Below the pieces are notes generated by a model that was not told the DNA's origin, made no database searches, and saw only the letters and a program-made list of their open reading frames with translations. A program made the translations under genes and the position numbers. A stretch of 64,000 bases of DNA, taken from NCBI GenBank assembly GCA_045863395.1, contig BTVJ01000007.1:118668-182667 (forward strand). The letters are read 5' to 3'. Source of the DNA: Myxococcales bacterium (GTDB taxonomy: Bacteria; Myxococcota_A; UBA9042; JABWCM01; BTVJ01). The first letter of the stretch is position 1. Each line of letters opens with the position of its first letter. This document shows, one piece after another, positions 56,501 through 64,000 of the stretch.

Positions 56501-56809
56501 ATGTCCCGGTTCCGCGCGATCATCCTGACGACGCTGACCACCGTGGCGGGCCTCGGGCCCATCATCTTCGAGACGAGCCTCCAGGCGCAGTTCCTCATCC
56601 CCATGGCGCTGACCCTGGCGGGCGGCCTCGCCATCGGGACCGTGTTCACCATGGTCTTCCTTCCGGCCGGGTTTGCGTGCATCAACGACCTGCGGCGCGT
56701 CGTCCGGTGGCTGCGCAGCGGCGAGTGGCCGACGGACCGCGAGGTGGAGCCGGCGGTGCGCGAGGCGGCGCTCGACGTGGAGCTGGGGCGGCGGGCCGCG
56801 GCGGCGTGA
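53555..56809 (+). CDS. RND efflux permease (AcrB/AcrD/AcrF family)
   Basis: LREAFP, FPGASPKEVE, GILVDDAIVIGENI, SGVVINDS, RFRAIILTTLTT; GTGA overlap. Confidence 0.93.
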   Translation: MRALVAYSVRNPIVGNLLMVLLLLLGVISLNNMLREAFPEVTLDIIQTRVVFPGASPKEVEDGIVVPIEEAVQGVAGIDQVDSVASENMGSVVVTLSRGANAEQVLRDVQAKVDQIIGFPVDAETPVVSLALRTRPVISLMIYGDVDRLVLKEVAEKLRDSLLLRPGVSLVDVLGVRAREISVELSEEDMRRFSLGFDEVVGALRTSNLDLTSGSLRTPREELRVRTYGKRYDAAHVADVVLRADPDGRKVRLRDVAKVVERWEDAPNYAFFNGKPSVTLMIRKTESEDVLKIMEELRSFLEEARPSLPPGVELETYGDSSKILRDRMDLMIRNGTLGLVLVLVSLSLFLNLRLSFWVALGIPISFAGTFLAASAFDAITINVISLFGLILVSGILVDDAIVIGENIYAKVEKGMHPREAAVEGTLEVLPAVFASVVTTMIAFGPLFFLDGMMGKFIWQIAAMVVLALAMSLVESALILPAHLAHSLEHRDERHVVRGGAGVAAVGAAVRRVSLALRTALEQGFSWWVRRVYRPSVAMAVRIRWVTVALTFVFVSVSTAFLAGGHLGFVFFPAIDSDDVAARMILAAGTPETETIEVAGRIEGALEELAAELKQEDPQHRDILLKTSTIIGSQGVGGTMLGSEVFEVSAELLPAEEGRLSSREVVKRWKQKVGRVPGAQSVYFGNARERNFGKPIAASVLGADREQVQQVVARIKEELGSFPGVFGIEDDSPAGKREVQLELTPLGRALGLTLRDIALQLRHGLYGYEALRLQRGRDEVKLFVRYPEDARAGVGALQDVRIRTGDGRELALGDVAGWKLSDGTVWLKRMHRRPVITVSADVDEAVANAQVIVTDLRERVLPALRADFPGTDLSFEGAQKEQRKVADSAAAAVPIALLLIVTILILVFRSALQAALIILLIPVGFGGMVISHLLYGMPLTVLSIFGMIALSGVVINDSVVFVDKINLNLREGMGVEEACIDGGMSRFRAIILTTLTTVAGLGPIIFETSLQAQFLIPMALTLAGGLAIGTVFTMVFLPAGFACINDLRRVVRWLRSGEWPTDREVEPAVREAALDVELGRRAAAA

Positions 56810-56875
56810 TCACTGGATGGTCTCCCATGGGTGAGTCTCCACGCCCCCGAATGGAGTGGGGCACGAGGTCGCCCC

Positions 56876-58699
56876 ATGAAGCTCGCCCCGCTGCTCGCCA
56901 TCGCCCTCCTCGCCTGCGACTCCGCCCCGCTGTGCGTTCCCGGGGCGAGCGCGCCCTGCACCTGCACCAATGGCGCCGTTGGCGCCCAGGTCTGCAACGC
57001 CGAGGGGGCCGCGTTCCTGCCGTGCCAGTGCGAAGGGACGGCCGATGACGTGGTGGCAGCAGACGCTGTCGCGGACGCCGGCACCGACGTGGGCGCCGTC
57101 TTGGAGGACGCCTCGGTGCCCCCGCCCGCCCTGAGCGTGAACCCGTCGTGGGTGACCTTCGGCGAGGTCCCGGTGGGCGAGACCGAGGCGCGACCCCTGA
57201 CCCTCTCCAACGGTGGGGCAGGGCCGCTGGTCGTCACCCACCTGGGCTTCACGGGCAGCGGGCAGTTCCACCTCTCGCTGGGCGGTCTGGAGACCGGCCC
57301 GACGGGCAGCGTCGTATTGCCGGAGCCGCTCACCATCGCGCCAGGGGAGTTCGTCAGCGGCGAGGTGGTCTTTGCGCCGCTCAAGCCAGGGCCCGCCAAC
57401 GCGACCCTCGTCGTCTTCTCCAATGACCCCGGCTTCGTGGGCGGCTTCGTCGTCTCCATCCAGGCGTATCTGTCGGGGCCGTGCATCGAGGTCAAGCCGG
57501 GCGCGCTCGACTTCGGCACCGTGGCGGTGGGGGGCGAGGCGTCGCTGCTGCTCAACCTGCGGAGCTGCGGCGTTTTGCCGCTCCTCGTCGGGGGCGTCTC
57601 CCTCGATCCGTGGACCTCGCCCGCCTTCTCGCTGGACCTCTCGGGGGCGCCGGGCTTCGACCCGCCGCCAACCGGGGCAAAGCCGGTGGTCATCGCGCAC
57701 CATACCTGGGTTCCGCTGGTGGTCCGGTATGCGCCGAAGGAGGGCGCCGCCAAGGGCGCTGACGGGACCATGGTGCCGGACAAGGGCCTCCTCCGCATCG
57801 ACAGCAGCGACGGCGGCGGGGCCACGCTGGTGCCGCTCTCAGGCTTCAGCGCCCCCGTGGGGTCTGCGCTGGCGAAGGCTTCCGTCGACGAGGGGACGAG
57901 CGTCATCCCCCAGACCGTGCTCCACTTGAGAGGGGAAGAGAGCACGGTCGACGGAGGGCCCGTGGCGCGCTACGAGTGGTCCGTTGCGCAGCCGCCCGGC
58001 AGCGTGTCGCTCTTCGTGCCGGGTCCAGATGTCCCCAACCCGACCTTCGAGGCCAACGTGGCGGGCACCTACACCTTTTCACTGACGGTCTGGAACGGCC
58101 TGGACGAGCCGAGCCCGCCCGCGATGCTCCAGGTGTTCGTGATCCCGGACACGGCGATTCACGTGGAGCTGCTCTGGGACACCCCGAACGACCCCGACCA
58201 GTCCGACGAGGGGCCCGAGGCAGGGTCCGACGTGGACCTCCACTTCACCCACCAGTACGCGAGCGGCCCGGACCTGGATGGCGACGGCAAGCCCGACGGC
58301 TGGTTCGACCAGCCCTTCGACTGCTACTGGTTCAACCCCCACCCAAACTGGGGCAGCTTCGACCCGGCCGTGGACGACGATCCGAGCCTCGACCGGGACG
58401 ACACGGACAGCGCTGGTCCCGAGAACCTGAGCCTGCGGTTCCCGGAGAGCGGCCACATCTATCGCATCGGCGTCCACTACTGGCATGACCACAAGTACGG
58501 CCCCACCTACGCGACCCTCCGCGTGTTCCTCTTCGGGGAGCTGGTCTGGGAGCGCACCGGCGTGAAGCTCCTGAACCACGACATGTGGGACGCGGCGACG
58601 ATCACCTGGCCGTCGGGCAAGGTGGAGTCCGTGATCGGCAAGGGCGGGGGAGACAAGATCACGCCCAACTACGAGAACCCGTTCTTCTTCCAGCCCTGA
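56876..58699 (+). CDS. Lipoprotein with two choice-of-anchor D/ASH Ig-like domains, a PKD-like domain and a YfaP/DUF2135-like C-terminus
   Basis: LLAC lipobox; VTFGEVPVG, LDFGTVAVG; YEWS..GTYTFSLTV; IHVELLWD..DVDLH..LDRDD..GPEN..Y.IGVHY. Confidence 0.7.
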   Translation: MKLAPLLAIALLACDSAPLCVPGASAPCTCTNGAVGAQVCNAEGAAFLPCQCEGTADDVVAADAVADAGTDVGAVLEDASVPPPALSVNPSWVTFGEVPVGETEARPLTLSNGGAGPLVVTHLGFTGSGQFHLSLGGLETGPTGSVVLPEPLTIAPGEFVSGEVVFAPLKPGPANATLVVFSNDPGFVGGFVVSIQAYLSGPCIEVKPGALDFGTVAVGGEASLLLNLRSCGVLPLLVGGVSLDPWTSPAFSLDLSGAPGFDPPPTGAKPVVIAHHTWVPLVVRYAPKEGAAKGADGTMVPDKGLLRIDSSDGGGATLVPLSGFSAPVGSALAKASVDEGTSVIPQTVLHLRGEESTVDGGPVARYEWSVAQPPGSVSLFVPGPDVPNPTFEANVAGTYTFSLTVWNGLDEPSPPAMLQVFVIPDTAIHVELLWDTPNDPDQSDEGPEAGSDVDLHFTHQYASGPDLDGDGKPDGWFDQPFDCYWFNPHPNWGSFDPAVDDDPSLDRDDTDSAGPENLSLRFPESGHIYRIGVHYWHDHKYGPTYATLRVFLFGELVWERTGVKLLNHDMWDAATITWPSGKVESVIGKGGGDKITPNYENPFFFQP

Positions 58700-58763
58700 G
58701 GGGTCCCTTGCGCCTCCCGCGCTCCCCGCGTTACGGTGCCGCAGACGCGAGGAGGGTCCCGGC

Positions 58764-60368
58764 ATGCGGAAGGTCCTGGTGGTGGGCGGCGGGGTGGCGG
58801 GGCTGACGGCCGCGCACGAGCTGGCCGAGCGGGGGTTTCGGGTCACGGTGCTGGAGAAGCTGCCTCTCTTCGGAGGCAAGTGCCGCAGCCTCCGCAAGGC
58901 GGGGTCGGGAGTCGGGGGGCGAGATGACCTGCCCGGGGAGCACGGGGTCCGGTTCTTCCCCGGCTTCTATCGGCACGTGGCGCACACCATGGGGCGCATC
59001 CCATACCCGGGGAATCGCCGCGGCGTGCTGGACAACTTGGTCTCCACGCGCGAGCTGCTGGTGTGCCAGGAGGGCGGGCGGCCGCTGGAGCTGTTCGTGC
59101 ACTTCCCCCGGAGCCCGCGGGACGTGCTGCCGTTCCTGCGCAGCATCGCGACGACGGTCGGGGTGGAGATCCCGCTGGCGGAGCGGCTGCGCCTCGTCGA
59201 GCGCCTCGCCGCGGTGCTGGTGCGGAGCCCCGAGCAGCGCCTGGGCGCGCCCGAGGACACGGCGTGGCACGCCTGGATTGGCGCCGCCGAGGCCTCGCCC
59301 ACCTTCGCCAAGTACTTCTCGCGGGGCTACACCCACTTCATCTCGGCGGCGGACCCCACCCTGGCCAGCGCGCGGACCTTCGGCGCCATCCTCGGGCAGA
59401 TGACGCGGGCGATGGTCGAGCCCGGGCTCTCCGGCGACCAGGTGCTCACGGGGCCGACCAACGACGTGTGGATCGACCCGTGGGTGGCGCACCTGCGACG
59501 CATGGACGTGCGGTGCGAGACGGGCTGTACGGCGGTGGGAGTCCGGGTGGAGCGTGGGCGCGTCGTGGGTGTGGAGGTGGAGAGTGCGGGAGGGCGGCGC
59601 ACCGAGCGGGCAGACGCCTGTGTGCTGGCAGTCCCCGCAGAGGTCATGGCGCGGCTCGCCACGCGGGAGGTGAGGGAGTCCGCCCCTTCCCTGGCGCGCC
59701 TCGACCGCCTTCACGTGGCGTTCATGGGGGGCGTGCAGTACTTCCTCGACCGGGAGCTGGGCATCGTGGAGGGGCACCTGCACTACGCGGACGCTCCGTG
59801 GAAGCTGACGGCCCGGTCGCAGCCCCAGTTCTGGCAGGGCGTGGACCTCTCACGCATGGGTGATGGCCAGGTGCGGGACATCTTGTCCGTGTCCGTCGCC
59901 GACTGGTCGGCGCCGGGGAGCAAGACGACGGCGAAGCCGGCGCAGAGGTGCAGCGCCGCCGAGGTGGCCGCCGAGGTGTGGGCGCAGCTCATGGCCCACT
60001 ACGACGGCACGCGGCGGCGCGTCATGGAGCGGGCGCGGGTGCTCGCCTGGCACATCGACCCGCGCATCGCGGACCCGGCCGACAGGGCCGCCAACCAGGA
60101 GCCGCTCTTCGTGAACACGACGGGGAGCTGGTGGCACCGGCCCGACGCGGGGACGGAGGTGGACAACCTGTTCGTCGCCGCCGACTACGTGCGCACCCAC
60201 ACGGACATCGCCAGCATGGAGGCCGCCTGCGAGGCCGGGCGGCGGGCGGCCGCAGCCGTGATTGACCGATCCGGCGTGGCGGCCCACCCGGTCGGCGTCT
60301 GGCCGCTGACGGAGCCGCTGCCCTTCCGCGCGCTCCACGCGCTGGACCGGCTGCGCCCGCGGGCGTAG
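58764..60368 (+). CDS. FAD-dependent oxidoreductase, phytoene desaturase / HpnE-like amine-oxidase fold
   Basis: VVGGGVAGLTAAHEL, GGK, GEHGVRFFPGFY, NLFVAADYV, SMEAACEAG. Confidence 0.8.
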   Translation: MRKVLVVGGGVAGLTAAHELAERGFRVTVLEKLPLFGGKCRSLRKAGSGVGGRDDLPGEHGVRFFPGFYRHVAHTMGRIPYPGNRRGVLDNLVSTRELLVCQEGGRPLELFVHFPRSPRDVLPFLRSIATTVGVEIPLAERLRLVERLAAVLVRSPEQRLGAPEDTAWHAWIGAAEASPTFAKYFSRGYTHFISAADPTLASARTFGAILGQMTRAMVEPGLSGDQVLTGPTNDVWIDPWVAHLRRMDVRCETGCTAVGVRVERGRVVGVEVESAGGRRTERADACVLAVPAEVMARLATREVRESAPSLARLDRLHVAFMGGVQYFLDRELGIVEGHLHYADAPWKLTARSQPQFWQGVDLSRMGDGQVRDILSVSVADWSAPGSKTTAKPAQRCSAAEVAAEVWAQLMAHYDGTRRRVMERARVLAWHIDPRIADPADRAANQEPLFVNTTGSWWHRPDAGTEVDNLFVAADYVRTHTDIASMEAACEAGRRAAAAVIDRSGVAAHPVGVWPLTEPLPFRALHALDRLRPRA

Positions 60369-60405
60369 GGGTGTCACCCGCTGAGGCAGTGGACGTGGTG
60401 CGCAG

Positions 60406-60996
60406 TCACCGCTCCGTGTCGCCTGCCGCCGTCGGGAGCCACCACTCGTCGAGGTCCAGCTCGATGTCCTGGAAGGGAGGCACGCGCGCCGTCACTGAGC
60501 CGCCCCAGGTGCCGGCGACCACCCAGGCGCCTCCCTCCAGGCGGTAGGACTCGAGGACGCGCGCCAGGGGATCGACCAGCCAGAGAGCGGCGACCTGGAA
60601 CGAGGCGTAGAGCTGCATCTTGCGCACGCGGTCGCGCCGCGCGGAGGACGGGGAGACCACCTCGCAGACCCAGTCGGGTGCAACGGTGAAGCCGACGGCC
60701 TCCGGGAGGGTCGGGAGCCGCTCGCGCCTCCACCCGGCCAGGTCCGGCACGAGCACGTGAGCGCCCAGGTGCAACTCGGGCTCGTCCAGGATCCACCATC
60801 CCCCAGGGCCTCGCCCGCCGCCCCGCCGCCCAAAGGCCGGCTGCAGGTCGCCGCCGATCACGGAGCTGGTGAGCGTATGTGGCGGGGCGGGTCGCGGGCT
60901 GACCACCAGCTCCCCGTCGATGATCTCTCCCACGACGTTCTCGGGGAGCGCGATGATGTCATCGTAGGTTGCGCGCTTTCGTGCTGGCTCCTCCAT
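60406..60996 (-). CDS. Uma2-family endonuclease
   Basis: GEIIDGEL, EPELHL, VPDLAGWRRER, PDWVCEVVSPS, WLVDP. Confidence 0.9.
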   Translation of the reverse strand: MEEPARKRATYDDIIALPENVVGEIIDGELVVSPRPAPPHTLTSSVIGGDLQPAFGRRGGGRGPGGWWILDEPELHLGAHVLVPDLAGWRRERLPTLPEAVGFTVAPDWVCEVVSPSSARRDRVRKMQLYASFQVAALWLVDPLARVLESYRLEGGAWVVAGTWGGSVTARVPPFQDIELDLDEWWLPTAAGDTER

Positions 60997-61089
60997 GGGT
61001 AACCTCCTGTTGCCCCGCCACCATAGCGGACTTGGGTGCCGGTGCCCAAGGCTTGATTGCTCCGACCAGGGCTGAAACCAGCCCGGCGG

Positions 61090-63543
61090 TCAGGGCGTGC
61101 CAAGGGCCGCGTCCCACTCCCAGTCGGCGGTCCAAAAGCCCGCCGCCCGGAGGCCCTGGGCCGCAAACACCAGGTAGTCCGGCGCGACGAAGCGGCTCGT
61201 GAAGGGCTGGAGGCGCCAGAGGAGCGGCTCGTCTCCGGCGGTCGCGACCACGGCCGCCGAGAGGCCGTCTCCGTCGGGGTAGACGACCACCCCCGCGGAG
61301 TGGTCGTAGGCGTTTGCGGCCACCTGGATCGCGGTCGGGGACCAGGTGAAGGGGACGGGGAGGGCGCCGCCACTGGGGAGCACCCGGAGCAGGTTCATCC
61401 CGGCGCGGCGCTCGGCGGTGACGGCAGACTCGGGGAGGCCGCACGCCTGGCCGTTGCCGATGACCGCCCAGTGGGAGACGAGCCACGCCGCCCAGCGCCG
61501 CGCAAACTGCGAGTCGTCGGGCCACACCACGCACCACGGGCGCTCCAGGACCTCGTTGAGGGGCCCGCCGGCGCCGGGCCGCTTGCCCGACTGGGGGCCG
61601 ATGGGCAGGGGGCCGTCGGGCACGTCGTGCGGGGCGCCGTCGACCACGACCTTCGTGACTCCGCGCCCGCGAAGCGCGGCTCCATCGATCACCAGACTCC
61701 GCACGTTGGTCGTGGTCAGGGTCACCGTCGCGCCGGAGACAGCGGAGGTCGCCACCATATCCGCTGCGGGGTCCTTCAGGGACCGCAGCGTCACGTAGGA
61801 GTGGGTGGGGGACACCCAGGGGGACGGCGACCGGAACGTGAAGTCCAGCTCGAGCGGGTCCAGGGTGCGAGTCTCCATGGTCTCGAACAGGGGCGGCCAG
61901 TCCACGCAGTCTGCGCCGGCGCCGGCGTCTCCGTCCCACCAGTGTCCGGCGCCGGGCTGCTCGTGAAACTGGAGGTCTGGGACGATTGGGGTCAGCGCCG
62001 CGACCATGGCGTGGGCCTCGCTGACGGGCACGTTGTCGTCCGCCGTGCCGTGGATCACGTAGACGGCCCGCCTGGCGAGGTTCTCCGCCCAGCGGAGCGT
62101 GTCGCTCGACGCCCGCGCCCAGCCGAGGGGGCCGTCGGGGAAGGTCTCGCCGCCGTAGGTCTCGAACGAGATCCAGCCGGCGCTCGGACCCACCACGGCG
62201 AAACGGCCGGGGAAGAGCGTGCCGAGCTGCCAGGTGCCGTGCCCGCCCATGGAGTGACCGGTCAGGTAGACGCGCGTCGGGTCCGCGGGGAGCGTGGCCG
62301 TCGCGTGGTCGAGCACCTCCAGGGCGTCGCGGCGCCCCCACGCCTCCCAGTCGAAGCCGAAGGGGCGGCGGTTGGTGGGGGCGGCGAGCGCGGTCCAGCC
62401 CTTGGGCCCATACGCGGCGGCCTGACCGGGACCGTGGACGCCGGCGCCGTGGAGGGACAGGACGAGGCCGACCGGGCCGTCGGGGGTGCCTGCCGGGCGC
62501 AGCAGGCCGTAGAGCTGCGCGGAGCCGTCCATGGGCGAGACGAAGGTGCGGGTGACTGGGTTCGTCGTGAGGGCGACCGTCGTGAGCTCCACGGTCAGCT
62601 CGTAGGACCACTCCAGGGACGGTGACTCCAGGCGCACGGTGACGGGGACCGGCGTCCCCTCCGGTGGGAGGGGCGCGGACGGCAGCAGTTGTGCCGTAAC
62701 GTGGGTGGTGGCCAGCGGCGCGAGGCCCGGGAGGCGCGTGGTGGTCTCCGCGAGGTGCTCGCTCGGGAGCACGCGGACCACCACGTCGAGGATGGGGGCG
62801 TCGATCAGCGACAGGGCCGGGATGCCCAGTGGCTGCGCGAGGGTCTCGCCTTCGACGAGCGTTGGGGTCGTCAGATCGGCGGCGTGCAGGAGGACCTCGT
62901 CGGGCGTCGTCCAGAGCTGTACTTCTGGAGAGCCGCCGCGCCCCATGCCGCGAAGCACTAGCAGAGACTCTCCGGCCGGCGCGCGAAGTGGCACACGCTG
63001 GCTGCCGCTCGCGTAGATGTCGCCCGGCTGGCGGGCCCCGTCGAGCAGCAAGTCGAAGAAGCTGTCGGCGCGGGCGACGAAGGTGGTGGGGGCGTCGACC
63101 TGCAGGGTGGTGGCGGCGTAGACGACCCAGCCCGGCGCGGGCTTGCCGAGGCCGCCTGTCTCTGTGGGGGTCACCGCCTTCCACACCACCCCATCGTGGA
63201 GCCCCGGGGCTGGCAGCGTGAACGTGCCCGCGTCGATGGCCGCGCCGACGGGGTCGCCGCCCGGCGGGACGATGGCCACCATCCACTGCCCCGGCGCCGC
63301 GAGGGCTGGGGGGGATGGAGGGGCGACGGGGGCAGCGGTGGCGACGTCGGTTGCGGCGTCAGGGGCTGCGTCAGGGGCTGCGTCAGGGGCCACGTCTGCC
63401 GACTCCCCGTCGGGGCCCGGAGCCGCGTCCCCTGCCTGAGCGTCCAGGTGGAGCGCCGCGTCCTCCCCTGGAGGCAGGGCGTCACCGTCCGGTGCCGTGG
63501 AGCCACAGCCCACCAGGAGCGCAACGGCCAGCCAGCGTCTCAT
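61090..63543 (-). CDS. Lipoprotein with prolyl-oligopeptidase-like alpha/beta hydrolase domain
   Basis: GGAGG RBS; LVGC lipobox; LSLHGAG, YLTGHSMGGHG, IHGTADDNV, GAGHWW. Confidence 0.82.
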   Translation of the reverse strand: MRRWLAVALLVGCGSTAPDGDALPPGEDAALHLDAQAGDAAPGPDGESADVAPDAAPDAAPDAATDVATAAPVAPPSPPALAAPGQWMVAIVPPGGDPVGAAIDAGTFTLPAPGLHDGVVWKAVTPTETGGLGKPAPGWVVYAATTLQVDAPTTFVARADSFFDLLLDGARQPGDIYASGSQRVPLRAPAGESLLVLRGMGRGGSPEVQLWTTPDEVLLHAADLTTPTLVEGETLAQPLGIPALSLIDAPILDVVVRVLPSEHLAETTTRLPGLAPLATTHVTAQLLPSAPLPPEGTPVPVTVRLESPSLEWSYELTVELTTVALTTNPVTRTFVSPMDGSAQLYGLLRPAGTPDGPVGLVLSLHGAGVHGPGQAAAYGPKGWTALAAPTNRRPFGFDWEAWGRRDALEVLDHATATLPADPTRVYLTGHSMGGHGTWQLGTLFPGRFAVVGPSAGWISFETYGGETFPDGPLGWARASSDTLRWAENLARRAVYVIHGTADDNVPVSEAHAMVAALTPIVPDLQFHEQPGAGHWWDGDAGAGADCVDWPPLFETMETRTLDPLELDFTFRSPSPWVSPTHSYVTLRSLKDPAADMVATSAVSGATVTLTTTNVRSLVIDGAALRGRGVTKVVVDGAPHDVPDGPLPIGPQSGKRPGAGGPLNEVLERPWCVVWPDDSQFARRWAAWLVSHWAVIGNGQACGLPESAVTAERRAGMNLLRVLPSGGALPVPFTWSPTAIQVAANAYDHSAGVVVYPDGDGLSAAVVATAGDEPLLWRLQPFTSRFVAPDYLVFAAQGLRAAGFWTADWEWDAALGTP

Positions 63544-63737
63544 CGTGTCCTCCGTCGTCGAGTGCTCGCGGAACGATGCCACAGCCGGGCGGCGGCGTCG
63601 ATGTTCGACCGTGCTGCCCGGAGGGCGGCCTCCGCTGTATGGCAGCCCGACAGGGGTGTGCCGCCTCCCGACAAGCCCAGCCCGTCGGGATCCGCGCGGG
63701 GCCAGGAGCCACGCGCCGGAGCGCGCGTCCTCGCCCC

Positions 63738-63753
63738 TGGCACGGGGGTTGCT
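63738..63753 (+). promoter_or_regulatory. Sigma-54 (-24/-12) promoter
   Basis: TGGCAC-GGGGG-TTGCT matches TGGCAC-N5-TTGC, 30 bp before the ATG at 63783. Confidence 0.78.
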
Positions 63754-63782
63754 CCCAGCGGGGGGACGGAGGACCTCAACCG

Positions 63783-64000
63783 ATGCGATGGCTCTGGAAC
63801 CTGACCTTGCTCCTCGCCGCTCCCGCCGTGGCGGAGCCCCTCTCTCTCGACGAGGCCGTGCGAGCGACCTTGGCGCGGAGCCCGGCATTGCTGGCCGCTG
63901 CGAGCGCCGCCGACGGCGCCGACGCGCGCACCGCGCAGGCGGAGAGCGCGTGGCTCCCGCGCGTGACCGTCGACGGGCGCTACACCTTCTCGGGGCCCCT
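63783..64000 (+). CDS. TolC-family outer membrane protein, N-terminus (runs off the window)
   Basis: Not in ORF track. GGAGG RBS; MRWLWNLTLLLAAPAVA signal, EPLSLDEAVRATLARSP...AESAWLPRVTV. Confidence 0.75.
   Translation, partial: MRWLWNLTLLLAAPAVAEPLSLDEAVRATLARSPALLAAASAADGADARTAQAESAWLPRVTVDGRYTFSGP

Noticed and set aside
60406..60996. Uma2 endonuclease as part of a defence or mobile system
   Set aside because: Solitary Uma2 genes are common in myxobacteria; no methylase, toxin partner or integrase is adjacent
61030..61086. Small hairpins CTTGGG..CCCAAG and GGGCTG..CAGCCC upstream of Uma2
   Set aside because: 6-bp stems are expected by chance at this GC content; no second copy in the window
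817..63286. Many long antisense or alternate-frame ORFs (e.g. 817-2676 -, 9096-11249 +, 20507-23203 +, 34767-37769 -, 52751-55411 -)
   Set aside because: Shadow ORFs expected at high GC; Arg/Pro/Ala-rich, no motifs, and each overlaps a well-supported gene
63356..63391. 12-bp tandem repeat x3 (APDA) in the last lipoprotein
   Set aside because: Ordinary low-complexity linker after the lipobox

Overview
Very GC-rich bacterial chromosomal segment, most likely Myxococcota or a related deltaproteobacterium (inferred from MYXO-CTERM-like tails, an AgmC-like Gly-rich domain, Uma2, a Ser/Thr kinase and many Cys-rich lipoproteins). It holds about 40 tightly packed genes, mostly cell-envelope or secreted proteins. 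These include a translationally coupled CotH kinase / beta-helix / CotH kinase lipoprotein operon, a doubly anchored S1 protease, a tail-fibre-like protein with a polyglycine tip, and a long beta-rich (AsmA-like) protein ending in a GT51 transglycosylase. A 16-kb cluster of surface proteins follows: CARDB x5, FG-GAP/ASPIC, thrombospondin-3 x16, and a 2659-aa Dictyostelium-type Cys-repeat lipoprotein. The window also has PnuC, PduO, CstA, a phosphate porin with a Pho-box-like triple repeat, an HMA-MFP-RND efflux operon, several alpha/beta hydrolases and a partial TolC-family gene behind a sigma-54 promoter. Two non-coding palindromic insertions sit exactly at the stop codons of convergent genes: a 161-bp CTAG-flanked rod whose stems carry six G-U pairs on the + strand only, and a 69-bp GGGGTC...GACCCC hairpin. 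I found no rRNA, tRNA, CRISPR array, transposase or prophage. All family assignments come from motif recognition by eye, not database searches.
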